64,000 nt of DNA. Origin: a virus. A model generated the notes under the pieces. That model had not been told where the DNA came from. It did not search any database and saw nothing but the letters and a program-made list of their open reading frames with translations. The stretch lies in the IMG/VR virus record IMGVR_UViG_3300027413_000002. One strand, written 5' to 3'. The translations under genes and the position numbers were made by a program. Of the stretch, positions 45,903 through 55,624 are shown piece after piece. The number at the start of each line of letters is the position of its first letter. Positions within the stretch are counted from its first letter, which is position 1.

Positions 45903-47380
45903 TTGTCAACCTTAACAAGTTTATATTTAAAACCTTCTTCATTATATAATTTAATCCGTTCAACTAAATGATCAAGAGTGTAATTTTTCTTAGACTTCCA
46001 AGATAGGTCATCACCAATATCAAAGAGATTGCAAGCAACCTTATTATCTCCAAGACGTAGACCCCGACCGATCGACTGCAAATTTCTTACTCTGCTTTTC
46101 GATGGTGAGGAGAACACCACATTATGCAGGTTCCTTATATTTATACCTGTCGAGAAAGTGCCATACGAGGCGACAATTATAGCGTCATCGCACTTCTCCG
46201 TCAAGGCACGTATCTCTTCGCGTTGCTCCGTATCAGTACCACCATAAACAAAATACACTGGTCTGTCTTTTGCTGCTTTCTTCTTAATCATATCATAGAG
46301 GACGTTTCCGTGTTTCTCCACAAACTGATATAGAACCAAGCTGTTTCCCTTCTGATCAATCACCAGATTGCTGATCAGATTATTTCTCCAATGATCGCGT
46401 ACCAGCCAGTCAACTTCCTCCTGATACTTCATGGTCTTCATCGCCTTTCGCTCTTCATCTTTGTGTTGTAGCAATAGGCATGTGATGTTTAGATTTGCGA
46501 CCTTACCATCTTCCATAAGTTCTTTGGTGGTGATAACCTTTGTCACATTACCGAAACAACCTTCCAGCACGAGGCGGTGAGTCTTTGTCCCGTCTAGCGT
46601 ACCAGTGGTTCCGAATCTCCAATGTGCGTTCTGACACTTGTCAAGGATCGATGTAAGAGACTTCGCCTTGAACAAATGCGCTTCGTCTCCATATACAACA
46701 TCAAACTTCTCGAACCATTTCTTCGGAAACTTGTAGATAGATTGCCAAGTTGAGATGGTAACAGGGAATTCGTTTGATTTTTCTTTACCGCCATAGATTC
46801 GATGGCAGTTTTCGCTCGCTTGCCAATCAACAGCACTCGCGTAGTCTTGGAAGTCACCATACATCTGCTCGACCAGCGAGGTCGTTGGAACAATAATCAG
46901 CTGCTTCTTATTTCTCTCTTGGTAGTACCGCATGAGAGTATAGATGATAAGAGACTTACCAGAAGCAGTGGGTGATAACAACAAAGACCTTGCGCCTTGA
47001 ATACCTTTACGGACAGCTTGCACCTGATAATCTCTTATCTCGATCGGCTTTTCGCCACCATGTAGGTTTAGCTTCTTCGCAAAGTTCTCAATGTATTCAG
47101 TCGATACTATGTCACCCTTTGACTCAATGCGGTTGTCTACGGTGTACTCCAGCTGTGCAGAGAAGTCTAGGAGGTACTTTATCAGCCCAACAGGTAATTC
47201 TTTGTTGAACATATTAAACAGTCTTGCTTTACCGTCCCACATCCTTGATCTATATGCAGGCATGAATTTGGCTCCTGGAACATCAAATGTGAAGAAGTCA
47301 TTTAGTTCCTGAAGTATTCCTGTGTCACACTCAACGTGCATGTGCACTGCATTTTTGTATGTGACAGTTATGTCAGCCAT
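45899..47380 (-). CDS. uvsW: SF2 helicase UvsW
   Basis: RDYQ, PTASGKS, DEAH, TGT, QSIGRGLR. Confidence 0.95.
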   Translation of the reverse strand: MADITVTYKNAVHMHVECDTGILQELNDFFTFDVPGAKFMPAYRSRMWDGKARLFNMFNKELPVGLIKYLLDFSAQLEYTVDNRIESKGDIVSTEYIENFAKKLNLHGGEKPIEIRDYQVQAVRKGIQGARSLLLSPTASGKSLIIYTLMRYYQERNKKQLIIVPTTSLVEQMYGDFQDYASAVDWQASENCHRIYGGKEKSNEFPVTISTWQSIYKFPKKWFEKFDVVYGDEAHLFKAKSLTSILDKCQNAHWRFGTTGTLDGTKTHRLVLEGCFGNVTKVITTKELMEDGKVANLNITCLLLQHKDEERKAMKTMKYQEEVDWLVRDHWRNNLISNLVIDQKGNSLVLYQFVEKHGNVLYDMIKKKAAKDRPVYFVYGGTDTEQREEIRALTEKCDDAIIVASYGTFSTGINIRNLHNVVFSSPSKSRVRNLQSIGRGLRLGDNKVACNLFDIGDDLSWKSKKNYTLDHLVERIKLYNEEGFKYKLVKVDK

Positions 47381-47823
47381 TACATAAGTCCATTTGTAAA
47401 TTTAGTCCACTCGATACCATTCTTAATATCCCAAGTCCTGCTGTGGAGGGATCGCATAACTCGGTCGAGGAAATCAACGACAGTGCGGATATACTCAACC
47501 TTGTTCATCTGTTCTTGTAAGTCATCGTCTGACTCAATCATCTCTGCCATGTCGTTTTTTAGAGGTTTGTTGCCGAGCCATTGATCCCAGCCAAGAGTTT
47601 CAAGTTCCTGTTTGGATAATTCTCCGCGCCAGTATTGTTGCTTGATTCTTCTCAGCTTGTAGAATGCACCCTCCGATTTTCGGAGTTGCAGCTTGAAGTT
47701 GGAAAGGTGGTTTAGATATTTTGAATGCAGTTCAGCAGTCTTGATTGTTGCTTTTCCGAGTTCTAACTCGTCAATCTTGCAATCGACTGCCCACGATTCT
47801 TGGAGTTCTTTTAATGTAATCAT
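47380..47823 (-). CDS. uvsY: Recombination mediator UvsY
   Basis: LHSKYL, RTWDIKNGIEW; synteny with uvsW. Confidence 0.88.
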   Translation of the reverse strand: MITLKELQESWAVDCKIDELELGKATIKTAELHSKYLNHLSNFKLQLRKSEGAFYKLRRIKQQYWRGELSKQELETLGWDQWLGNKPLKNDMAEMIESDDDLQEQMNKVEYIRTVVDFLDRVMRSLHSRTWDIKNGIEWTKFTNGLM

Positions 47824-47838
47824 AATATAATGTATTTA

Positions 47839-48426
47839 TCACGTCAAATTTTCGATCTTGAAAGTCCTGTATCTGAACCCTGCGATACCAGTGAAGTAGT
47901 CACCAGCACCTTGTGTGATATCAAAGTCAAGACCTTCCAGACTGGTTGGGAAGGCATCAAAGAATGTAATCTTGATAGTTGGGTTATTGTTTGAATCAAG
48001 AACAAATAGGTCAGCATCACTCACTTGGGCGATTGCTTCTTTTTTGCTCTTCTGTGCGGTGGCAGTCCTATACTCTTGCGACTTAATGAAGTCGGTAAAC
48101 TGCTGATTTTTATCTGGGAAACCAAGACCAAACAGCCAGTTATACAATTCCTGATAGTTCGCCATGTCCTCTTGCACTAGGAATCTGATGATCAATTCAC
48201 CAAACTGGATCTTATCTCCAGGAAATGGTAATGTCGCCAGAGGTGTTTCCACCTGTGGAGAACCGAGAGATATCTGTGGGATATTCGCAGCTTGACAGAA
48301 AAAAGAAACTTGGGGAATGTTAGCGATCTGAAATCGGAAACCATTTGGGCGCAAGAAATCTAGTTCAGCAGGATTGTTCTGACTGAAGTCTGATTCTGCA
48401 ACATCTGTAATAGGGTTATATGCCAT
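47839..48426 (-). CDS. gp3: Tail completion/tube terminator (T4 gp3)
   Basis: FFCQAANIP, PGDK, FLVQEDMANY, AFPTSL. Confidence 0.85.
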   Translation of the reverse strand: MAYNPITDVAESDFSQNNPAELDFLRPNGFRFQIANIPQVSFFCQAANIPQISLGSPQVETPLATLPFPGDKIQFGELIIRFLVQEDMANYQELYNWLFGLGFPDKNQQFTDFIKSQEYRTATAQKSKKEAIAQVSDADLFVLDSNNNPTIKITFFDAFPTSLEGLDFDITQGAGDYFTGIAGFRYRTFKIENLT

Positions 48427-48442
48427 ACTCTATTTATACGAG

Positions 48443-48760
48443 TTATATTGTGAAACTCTCTCCGCAACCACAACGTGATTTCTCTAATGTATTAACGAAT
48501 TCAAATCCTTCATTAAGTCCATTCTTTTGATAGTCAACTGTGATTCCTTCAAGAATTAAATTATCCTTTGGGTCAATCAAGATTGAGAAACCTTCATATT
48601 CATTTTGAATGTCTCCTTCATTGATTGTGTCTGCATACTCGAGTTTGTATGCATAGCCGCTACAGCCAGTGGTTTCAATACCTATACGAATGCCAATACC
48701 TTTACCGCGATTGGATAAGTAAGATTTGAGTTTGTCTTTTGCGATGTCTGTAACTTCCAT
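48443..48760 (-). CDS. iscA: A-type Fe-S cluster carrier (IscA/HesB)
   Basis: GCSGYAY and CGCGESF; likely start MEVTD at 48760. Confidence 0.92.
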   Translation of the reverse strand: MEVTDIAKDKLKSYLSNRGKGIGIRIGIETTGCSGYAYKLEYADTINEGDIQNEYEGFSILIDPKDNLILEGITVDYQKNGLNEGFEFVNTLEKSRCGCGESFTI

Positions 48761-48779
48761 ATCTGTATTTATATACGCG

Positions 48780-48808
48780 CAAAAAAAAGGGGACTTCACG
48801 TCCCCTTT
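48780..48808 (-). terminator. Rho-independent terminator
   Basis: AAAGGGGAC-GTGAA-GTCCCCTTT followed by T-run. Confidence 0.85.
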
Positions 48809-48811
48809 CCT

Positions 48812-49018
48812 TTATTCTTCTTCTGGTTTGGTTGCATCTGTGCCAGTCTTGGTAGCAACATCTTTAATCAAATTTGATGTTACATCCAATACACCTGCGG
48901 TTACACCAAAGACATCTGAACCGACACCTTTAATAACACCACCAGTACCATCGATAGTTGCATCGACAGTTGAACAAGCAGACAAAACTAATGCGAATGC
49001 AATTGCAATAAAACGCAT
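48812..49018 (-). CDS. Small lipoprotein (entericidin-like)
   Basis: Signal peptide with lipobox LSAC, amphipathic Gly-rich body; SD AGGAG. Confidence 0.7.
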   Translation of the reverse strand: MRFIAIAFALVLSACSTVDATIDGTGGVIKGVGSDVFGVTAGVLDVTSNLIKDVATKTGTDATKPEEE

Positions 49019-49128
49019 AATATTCTCCTGTTTTCTATATTACTGGATAACCAGATTCCGAACGCTTACCCATATAGGGCATCCCCACACTGTTACTTTG
49101 TTCAGTTCGTGAACACATATATGTATAC

Positions 49129-49159
49129 AAAAAAAAGAGGCGATCCGAAGACCGCCTCT
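49129..49159 (-). terminator. Rho-independent terminator after gp23
   Basis: AGAGGCGGTC-TTCG-GATCGCCTCT plus T-run; cUUCGg tetraloop typical of T4. Confidence 0.9.
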
Positions 49160-49197
49160 CTCAAATAAGTGGTTGGTTGACCCAACTCTTATTATTT

Positions 49198-50442
49198 TTA
49201 CATCAAGTTTGTTACTTTAACGCTTCTGTAGTACTGGTTACGATCAGCAGTGAAAGTAGCAGCATCAGTAGTTCCGTCAGCTTGGGTAACGAATGGATTA
49301 GCAACCATACCGTAACGAGTCTTGAAGCCGATTTTTGGCTGGAAGTCGGCAGGATCGATTGCACGTACTTGCTGCAGCGGCACATATGGGCAGTAGAAGA
49401 TACCAGCATCATATGCCGAAGTACCTTTGTAGCCAACTGTGTAGAACTGAGAAGCAGCACCAGTGTTAGCGGAGTATGGATCGATGTACACTTTGTAACG
49501 ACCGTTCAATACACCAGCAAAAGTGTTACCAGTATCATCAACATTCAGATCTGTGTTCAGTGCTGGAGCATAATCCAGAACACCAGCCATTGCCAGAGCA
49601 GAAGCAACATCAGAAGAACATACGATGAAGTTACCTTTACCGCGACGAGTCTCTTGAGCAATTACGTTGGCATCACGTTCAATGTTGAACAGAAGACCTT
49701 TGAAACGCTCAACCGACCAACGACCGTTAGAGTCGACGTCAAGGTCAAAAGTACCAGCAGTAGCAGTAGAAGCAGAACCAGGTTTTGCAACTTTATAGAT
49801 TGTGCGGATCACCTCACGGTTGATTTCAGCCAAAATTTCCTGAGACAGAATGTTCGACAATTCGCTCTCAGCGTCAAGACCGTGGATTGCTTTCAAGTCT
49901 TGTGCCAGTTCGATTGTGTACTCTGCTTTCAGTGCGCGTGTCTTAGCAGTTACAGAAGTTTTCTCGATCGAGAATGCCATCTCTGCAGGGTCAAGTGCTT
50001 CACCAGTGGCAGTAGCCATGCCAGTACCAGTTGTGTAAGTACCGTCAACTGGGTTAGAACCAGCGTGAGTGCCAGTACCAGAGAAGTCTGTGTCAGCTTC
50101 GTTGAACAGGGCTTCAGTACCAGTTTTGCTAGTGTAGTGCGATTTCATCGCAAAGATCAGTCCAGTTGGACCAGTCATTGGCTGAACACCACAAACATCG
50201 TATGCCATCAAGTTTGGCAGCGCACGACGAACAAGGCTGATCAATACGGGATCGTAGTTGTCAGCGTTTGCTACAGCGTTTTCGCTTTCGTGAAGAGCAA
50301 CTTTCTCTTGACGAAGAGCTTTTTCTTGGTTTTCAAGAATAACAGCAGTCACATTTCTGCGGTGCGCATCCTTAATTTGTGGAAGTTCTGGGTGGTCCAG
50401 TACTGGAGCCCATTTTTCCATTTGTGATTCTGAAAGATACAT
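49198..50442 (-). CDS. gp23: Major capsid protein (T4 gp23)
   Basis: GVQPMTGPTGLIFAM, KTRALKAEYTIELAQDLKAIHGLDAE, YCPYVPL, IGFKTRYG. Confidence 0.98.
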   Translation of the reverse strand: MYLSESQMEKWAPVLDHPELPQIKDAHRRNVTAVILENQEKALRQEKVALHESENAVANADNYDPVLISLVRRALPNLMAYDVCGVQPMTGPTGLIFAMKSHYTSKTGTEALFNEADTDFSGTGTHAGSNPVDGTYTTGTGMATATGEALDPAEMAFSIEKTSVTAKTRALKAEYTIELAQDLKAIHGLDAESELSNILSQEILAEINREVIRTIYKVAKPGSASTATAGTFDLDVDSNGRWSVERFKGLLFNIERDANVIAQETRRGKGNFIVCSSDVASALAMAGVLDYAPALNTDLNVDDTGNTFAGVLNGRYKVYIDPYSANTGAASQFYTVGYKGTSAYDAGIFYCPYVPLQQVRAIDPADFQPKIGFKTRYGMVANPFVTQADGTTDAATFTADRNQYYRSVKVTNLM

Positions 50443-50499
50443 CTTTCGTCTCCTTGCTTTTTGGTTGTTTTAAGTTTTAACTATTATTATTTATAAAAA

Positions 50500-51684
50500 T
50501 TATCTTTTTACCGATTTCGAAATCGCTTGGGCATAGATGCTGATTGGTGAAGAATCTTCATTGATCACAACACTTTCGTCGTCAATCAATTTGTCTTCTT
50601 CCTGCAATGCTTTCTGTGTAGGGAAATAATTTTCCTTAATCACACTCAGCTTAACAGAGTAATCGCCATCAAACTCAACGTCTTCAACGAGTTTCGCAAA
50701 CTTCTCAGCTTCAGTTACAGTCAAGTCAGCAGTTGCTTCTTTGAGTGCAGCATCTCTTGAGAGGTCTACATTGGCAGAGGATAGGGCGACTTTCTCTTCA
50801 GTCGACTCATCCAGCTTGGCTTTGAGTGATTCAATTTCACCCTGCATTTCGCCCAGAACATCGTATTTCTCTTCAGGAATATCAATGTAATGCTCGGCAA
50901 AAACTTCTTTCAAGGAGCCGACGAATGATTCAGTGATCTCGTTGCGCAGACCGCGCTCAATAGCGAGTTCATTTTCTTTCATCCAGTTTTCGGCTACATA
51001 GTTCAGATAACCATCGATTTTCTGTACCATATCTTCCATGAATGTATCTTGTGCTAGTGCAGCTTCTTCAGCGAGTTCAGCTTTAATGTCTTCCATTTCA
51101 GAAGTAACACGGGCTGTAACAACAGCTTCAAACAAGCCAGCAGCTTTAACTTTAAATTCTTCCGACAGATGCTCTTCATCAGCGAACAAGTTAGTCATGT
51201 CATCTTGGAACAATGTATCTTCTTCCAATACTTCATCGACTTCTTCAGCAGACTCTTCTTCGAGTTCAGCTTCAACTTCTTCGTCTGTGATTTCTTCTTC
51301 AAGAACTTCGTCTTCAGACTCAGTGTCTTCAGCTTTTACATCAGCTGAAGTTCCAGGCTTATTTACCTGACCTCCAGTAGATGCAGTTTTCGAAGAACCT
51401 TGAGTTGGTGAGGTTTGATCGCCAGCAGTAGGACTAGAAGCGTTCTTGCTACTGTCTTTCTTTGCTTTAGCGGTGGCAGATTTTCCTGCAGTAGCACTCA
51501 ACCCATCAGTTTCCAGTGTTTCTTGTTCTGGATTAGCGTCTGATGAACCTTGTGCTGGAGCAGAAGCATCGCCTTGTGATCTGTCTGCGGGACGTGATGC
51601 AGACTCGTCTAGTTCATTGACTTCTTCAGTCACCATTTCTGGCTTACCTTTCAGAAGTTCTCTGATTTTGCTTTCTACAGCCAT
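50500..51684 (-). CDS. gp22: Prohead core scaffold (T4 gp22)
   Basis: Acidic coiled coil; LSEEFK, YLNYVAENWMKEN, KENYF; synteny. Confidence 0.9.
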   Translation of the reverse strand: MAVESKIRELLKGKPEMVTEEVNELDESASRPADRSQGDASAPAQGSSDANPEQETLETDGLSATAGKSATAKAKKDSSKNASSPTAGDQTSPTQGSSKTASTGGQVNKPGTSADVKAEDTESEDEVLEEEITDEEVEAELEEESAEEVDEVLEEDTLFQDDMTNLFADEEHLSEEFKVKAAGLFEAVVTARVTSEMEDIKAELAEEAALAQDTFMEDMVQKIDGYLNYVAENWMKENELAIERGLRNEITESFVGSLKEVFAEHYIDIPEEKYDVLGEMQGEIESLKAKLDESTEEKVALSSANVDLSRDAALKEATADLTVTEAEKFAKLVEDVEFDGDYSVKLSVIKENYFPTQKALQEEDKLIDDESVVINEDSSPISIYAQAISKSVKR

Positions 51685-51731
51685 TTTATTCTCCTTGTAG
51701 AGTTCGTTTTGCTAGTTTTATTTATAATATC

Positions 51732-52385
51732 TTAAATCTTTGATACTTTGTTAAGGAATGAGCTAAACACCGCCATCTTGGTGGCTTCTAGTTCATGGGA
51801 ACTGGCTTCTTTGATAATCTCTTGAGCCCTTTCCATTTCTCTTCCTTGCCAGATACCGTCAACCATAACCCACTCACGGCTTTCCATAATACCTTGTACA
51901 AAGGCATCGGGAGCAGATGGGTCTGATACGATATCAGCAGCAGTTGCCAACATAAAGTCGTCTTGTACTTCGCTGATGCCTGACTTCTCACGGATAGATC
52001 CTAGACCACGAGAACTTACACCAAGCTGACAACCTGCTTCAATTAAACCTGCAGCAATCTTACCCATAGGAGTGTCAAGGACTTTTGCCTTACCGATCCA
52101 GTTGTCTCCATCTTCTTTAAGAGAGACAATCATATGAGAAACGCGATCAAGATTTACCGTTGGACCATCTGGATGACCCAATTCGCCTAGAGCACGGTTC
52201 TTATTGATGCAGTCTTCGGTGTAACGTGCAACTTCTTTCGCCATAATCTCTTTAGGATATACACGACCGTTGCGGTTTTTTAGATTGGATTGTAGAAAAA
52301 CACCTTCGATGAAGAGTTCTTTCTTCCCGTCTTTTTCTTCGAGGATGTATTGAACATCCTCTACGAGTTCTTTAATAAGTTTCAT
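51732..52385 (-). CDS. gp21: Prohead protease (T4 gp21)
   Basis: NRNGRVYP, GELGHP, GVSSRGLGS, DPSAP; likely start MKLIKE at 52385. Confidence 0.95.
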   Translation of the reverse strand: MKLIKELVEDVQYILEEKDGKKELFIEGVFLQSNLKNRNGRVYPKEIMAKEVARYTEDCINKNRALGELGHPDGPTVNLDRVSHMIVSLKEDGDNWIGKAKVLDTPMGKIAAGLIEAGCQLGVSSRGLGSIREKSGISEVQDDFMLATAADIVSDPSAPDAFVQGIMESREWVMVDGIWQGREMERAQEIIKEASSHELEATKMAVFSSFLNKVSKI

Positions 52386-52771
52386 TATCCTAGATCTCCT
52401 TGATTCTGATGCTGCTGAGAACCATATCCAGAAACTTTGGCGCACTCTACAATAACTGTGCCGCCTGCACCGCCAGCAATTACAATTGCGATGTCTGATG
52501 TGTTCTCATCGTTGTCTGTAAACCCATAAAAGTCCATACGACCTGTAACTTGAAGTTCGTATAATACTTTAGAATTCCTTGTTACCTGCGCAGAAGCACC
52601 GCTTGATAATGCCCACTGAATGTTCTTGATATTCACAGTAGGCGATGCTTGCGTTTCTGTAGACTTCTTCAGAGTTGTAGCCAACGCAATCGTCCCAGTA
52701 GCGGCAGTCCCTCGGACAGCGACCACGCCATGGGTTTGCGTCAATTTTAATGTGTCAACTGTGACTGCCAT
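52385..52771 (-). CDS. Hypothetical protein in head gene cluster
   Basis: Beta-rich 128 aa, TAATG-coupled to gp21. Confidence 0.6.
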   Translation of the reverse strand: MAVTVDTLKLTQTHGVVAVRGTAATGTIALATTLKKSTETQASPTVNIKNIQWALSSGASAQVTRNSKVLYELQVTGRMDFYGFTDNDENTSDIAIVIAGGAGGTVIVECAKVSGYGSQQHQNQGDLG

Positions 52772-52775
52772 TTAA

Positions 52776-53813
52776 TTATTCCTCTACTGGTTCTAGTTCC
52801 CAAACTGGGATACGTTTTAATGATTCTTTGAACATAACTTCAGCAACAGCATCAACGCCTTCGCCCATAGTAGCAAGAACATTTCCCTTACCTTCTTTGG
52901 CGTGCATTACTTGAGCATTTGGAGCCATGTAAAATTTGGTTGTGTCGGAACTGCCTTGCGTCGGAGGAGTTTTATCTCCTGCATTACCTGCCTCTGCTGC
53001 ACCATGGTTCGCAGTTGGCTCTTCAGCTTCTGGCTTATTGACACATTCCTCTTCTTCTGTTAGAGCATAATTTTCATTAACACCGCGACCTTTTGGGTGG
53101 CTCAAACTAGATGTATGATTTGCTTCCATATGCTTATGGTATGCTTTATGAGTAGCAGAACCATGACCGCCTAAATGAGTTTTAACAAAACTCTCATGGG
53201 AGTTCTTAGCGGTAGTGGAAGCGTTGCCGTCACCAATAGCACCGACGTTATGGGCAGCTTCGTGGGAAGCATTTGCGTGGATAGCGTTGGCAACCTCTGC
53301 ACCGTGTTTCTTAATATTGGCTTGGTGTGCCATCTTAACAGCAGCATGACTGCCCTCACCGATATTATGATCAATCATGTGTGCAGTGAGGTTTGCAGAA
53401 GATTTTGCAACTTCGCTTTCTGTTAGAACATAACCTTCAGAAATGCTGTCCATATACTTCTTTTCCATATGCTTATGGTAATCTTTGTGACCAGCAGAAC
53501 CGTGACCGCCTAAATGATTTTTAACAAAGTCGTTGTGTACTTTATGCCCAGCAGATCCAACGCTAGTAGCATTATGTGCTGCTTCATGATCAGCATTTGT
53601 GTGAATGGCTTTGGCGACCTTTTCACCATGTTTCTTAATATTGGCTTGGTGTGCCTTATTAACAGTGGCTTCACTGCCATCGCCAATATATGCGTTTGTT
53701 CTCAGTCTTGCCATATGGGCAGCATCTTTTGCGACACTTTCTTTAACGACTGGATGTGCGCCTTTCATTACTCGGCTTACTACATCAACTAAATCTTTAG
53801 GTAGTGGTTTCAT
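52776..53813 (-). CDS. His-rich tandem-repeat protein, putative prohead core
   Basis: Two ~100-aa repeats (AHQANIKKHG...HEAAHN...FVKxHLGGHGSA.HK.YHKHME); between gp20 and gp21. Confidence 0.65.
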   Translation of the reverse strand: MKPLPKDLVDVVSRVMKGAHPVVKESVAKDAAHMARLRTNAYIGDGSEATVNKAHQANIKKHGEKVAKAIHTNADHEAAHNATSVGSAGHKVHNDFVKNHLGGHGSAGHKDYHKHMEKKYMDSISEGYVLTESEVAKSSANLTAHMIDHNIGEGSHAAVKMAHQANIKKHGAEVANAIHANASHEAAHNVGAIGDGNASTTAKNSHESFVKTHLGGHGSATHKAYHKHMEANHTSSLSHPKGRGVNENYALTEEEECVNKPEAEEPTANHGAAEAGNAGDKTPPTQGSSDTTKFYMAPNAQVMHAKEGKGNVLATMGEGVDAVAEVMFKESLKRIPVWELEPVEE

Positions 53814-53814
53814 T

Positions 53815-54081
53815 TTATTCTTCCGTTTCTGGTTCTGTTGGAACTGCAGCATCAACATCGCCAGCAGTCGGTTCTGGTAATTCTATTTGTTGATTGAACA
53901 TACTTCCAGCAACTTCAGCTTTTCTATCAGCTACCATTGCATCAGCACGGTCATTCATCATACTATTGAATGTATCCTGAGCATCTGTCAGTTTACCATC
54001 CTTCCACTGATCCATCATATTACGAACTGCGTCTGCACGTGCATTTTCAACTTCACGTTCTACGTTTTCTTCACTCATCAT
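53815..54081 (-). CDS. Small acidic prohead core protein (gp67-like position)
   Basis: Acidic, immediately after portal. Confidence 0.6.
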   Translation of the reverse strand: MMSEENVEREVENARADAVRNMMDQWKDGKLTDAQDTFNSMMNDRADAMVADRKAEVAGSMFNQQIELPEPTAGDVDAAVPTEPETEE

Positions 54082-55588
54082 TTCCACCTTCATATTGTTG
54101 CGGCTCGACCTTCAAGGACTCACCATCTATTTGCTTGTTGATTGCGTCGATTTCATCATCGCGCATTTTTAAAATTTCTTTTTGCACATACTCTTTAGAG
54201 AAGTATTCACCGACATAGTTAGATAGACCATTCAACACTTCTACCCGACTACGCAAGATCTCTTGCTCTTTAGACTCAGTGTAGTATGCATCGGAAGCAT
54301 ACTTATATTGTAGACCATCGCGGATACTTGGCCAATCATCTTCTGTGATTATGCCTTTAAGAATCAGCTGCGTCTTGACCAAGTCGTCAAACATTGCAGA
54401 AAAACGTCTACGAAGTTTTGCGATAAACTTGGTAAACTTTAATTCATCTCTGCTAATCTCAGCACTACGTCCGAAATTAAGACCTTGTTGTGCACCTTCT
54501 AATCTAGAGATGGGGACATTCAACGCTTGATAAAGTTTGCGTTGGAAGTAATCTACGTCACCAGTTTCTCCGAGATTAGAACCTCCTGGAAGTGTTTGAA
54601 TCTCTGTGCCTCTACCGCCTTCGCGTCTTGGCATCCAGAAGTCTTCAAGCATCGACATAAACTTCTTGTCGTCACGGATCTCTCCAGACTCACCATCATA
54701 AACTAATTTGTTACGATAGCGATTCATAATATCTTTGAGATACTGCTCTGCCTTCATTGTGGGCAGATTACCAGTATCTACATAAAAAACTCTGCGCTCT
54801 GGAGCGCGGGTAATACGGTATACAACAACAGCATTCTCCATCATTCTCAGCTGATTTGCTGGACGGATAGCTTTGTGTAAATATGACAACGGGATATTTT
54901 TATCTTGGTCTAAGAGACCTGAGGGAATGTAGGTAACAGCATCCTTCGAGATCTTCAGAGATTTATCGTTAGCGTTTCCTGCTTTATACTGTCCAGGTTT
55001 GTTAGCGATACCCTTGTCGTCATAAATGAAATACTCTTTTACCTCTTTGACCATACTGACGCCAGTCTTAGGATCTTTTTCCTTCTTGACATCACGCACT
55101 TTCTTTATTTTGCGTGGGTCAATATACCTGACATCGTGTAGACCTTTTCTTGGGTTGGTTTTATCGACAACTTTGTGGAAGTAAATTCTTCCATCGATGT
55201 ACCAACGTCTGTAGTAATCTTGTGCACGATTGTTGAAGTCCATCAACGATAATACATTGTCAAATTCATCAGCGATTGCTTTCTTAACAGCTGTTGACGC
55301 TGGGACACCATCTGTGTCAATCGTTACTGGCTTTTCGTCGTCAAGGTTCGAGATACTATCATTGACAATATCTTCGATTGCAGTGTCGATATCGGCATAC
55401 ATTGATATGTCCCGATAACGCTTGATGAGTTGCTCTTCAGTATTAGCAACTCCCTCGACATCGAAATAAGTGCCATAGTAACCACCACCACGGATGGCTT
55501 CCAATGCACCATCAGAATCAGGAGCAACGAAAGACTGTGCAGCTTTCGGCTCCTTTTTCCGATTGATTTCAAATCCAAACAATTCCAT
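54071..55588 (-). CDS. gp20: Portal protein (T4 gp20)
   Basis: RRWYIDGR, YRITRAPERRVFYVDTGN, EDFWMPRREGGRGTEI. Confidence 0.97.
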   Translation of the reverse strand: MELFGFEINRKKEPKAAQSFVAPDSDGALEAIRGGGYYGTYFDVEGVANTEEQLIKRYRDISMYADIDTAIEDIVNDSISNLDDEKPVTIDTDGVPASTAVKKAIADEFDNVLSLMDFNNRAQDYYRRWYIDGRIYFHKVVDKTNPRKGLHDVRYIDPRKIKKVRDVKKEKDPKTGVSMVKEVKEYFIYDDKGIANKPGQYKAGNANDKSLKISKDAVTYIPSGLLDQDKNIPLSYLHKAIRPANQLRMMENAVVVYRITRAPERRVFYVDTGNLPTMKAEQYLKDIMNRYRNKLVYDGESGEIRDDKKFMSMLEDFWMPRREGGRGTEIQTLPGGSNLGETGDVDYFQRKLYQALNVPISRLEGAQQGLNFGRSAEISRDELKFTKFIAKLRRRFSAMFDDLVKTQLILKGIITEDDWPSIRDGLQYKYASDAYYTESKEQEILRSRVEVLNGLSNYVGEYFSKEYVQKEILKMRDDEIDAINKQIDGESLKVEPQQYEGGNDE

Positions 55589-55624
55589 TATATTTTCCTC
55601 TATACCTAATAGATGTTATATTAT

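Noticed and set aside
49177-50427. 416-aa plus-strand ORF
   Set aside because: Antisense shadow of gp23 arising from codon bias; no recognisable motifs, promoter or SD
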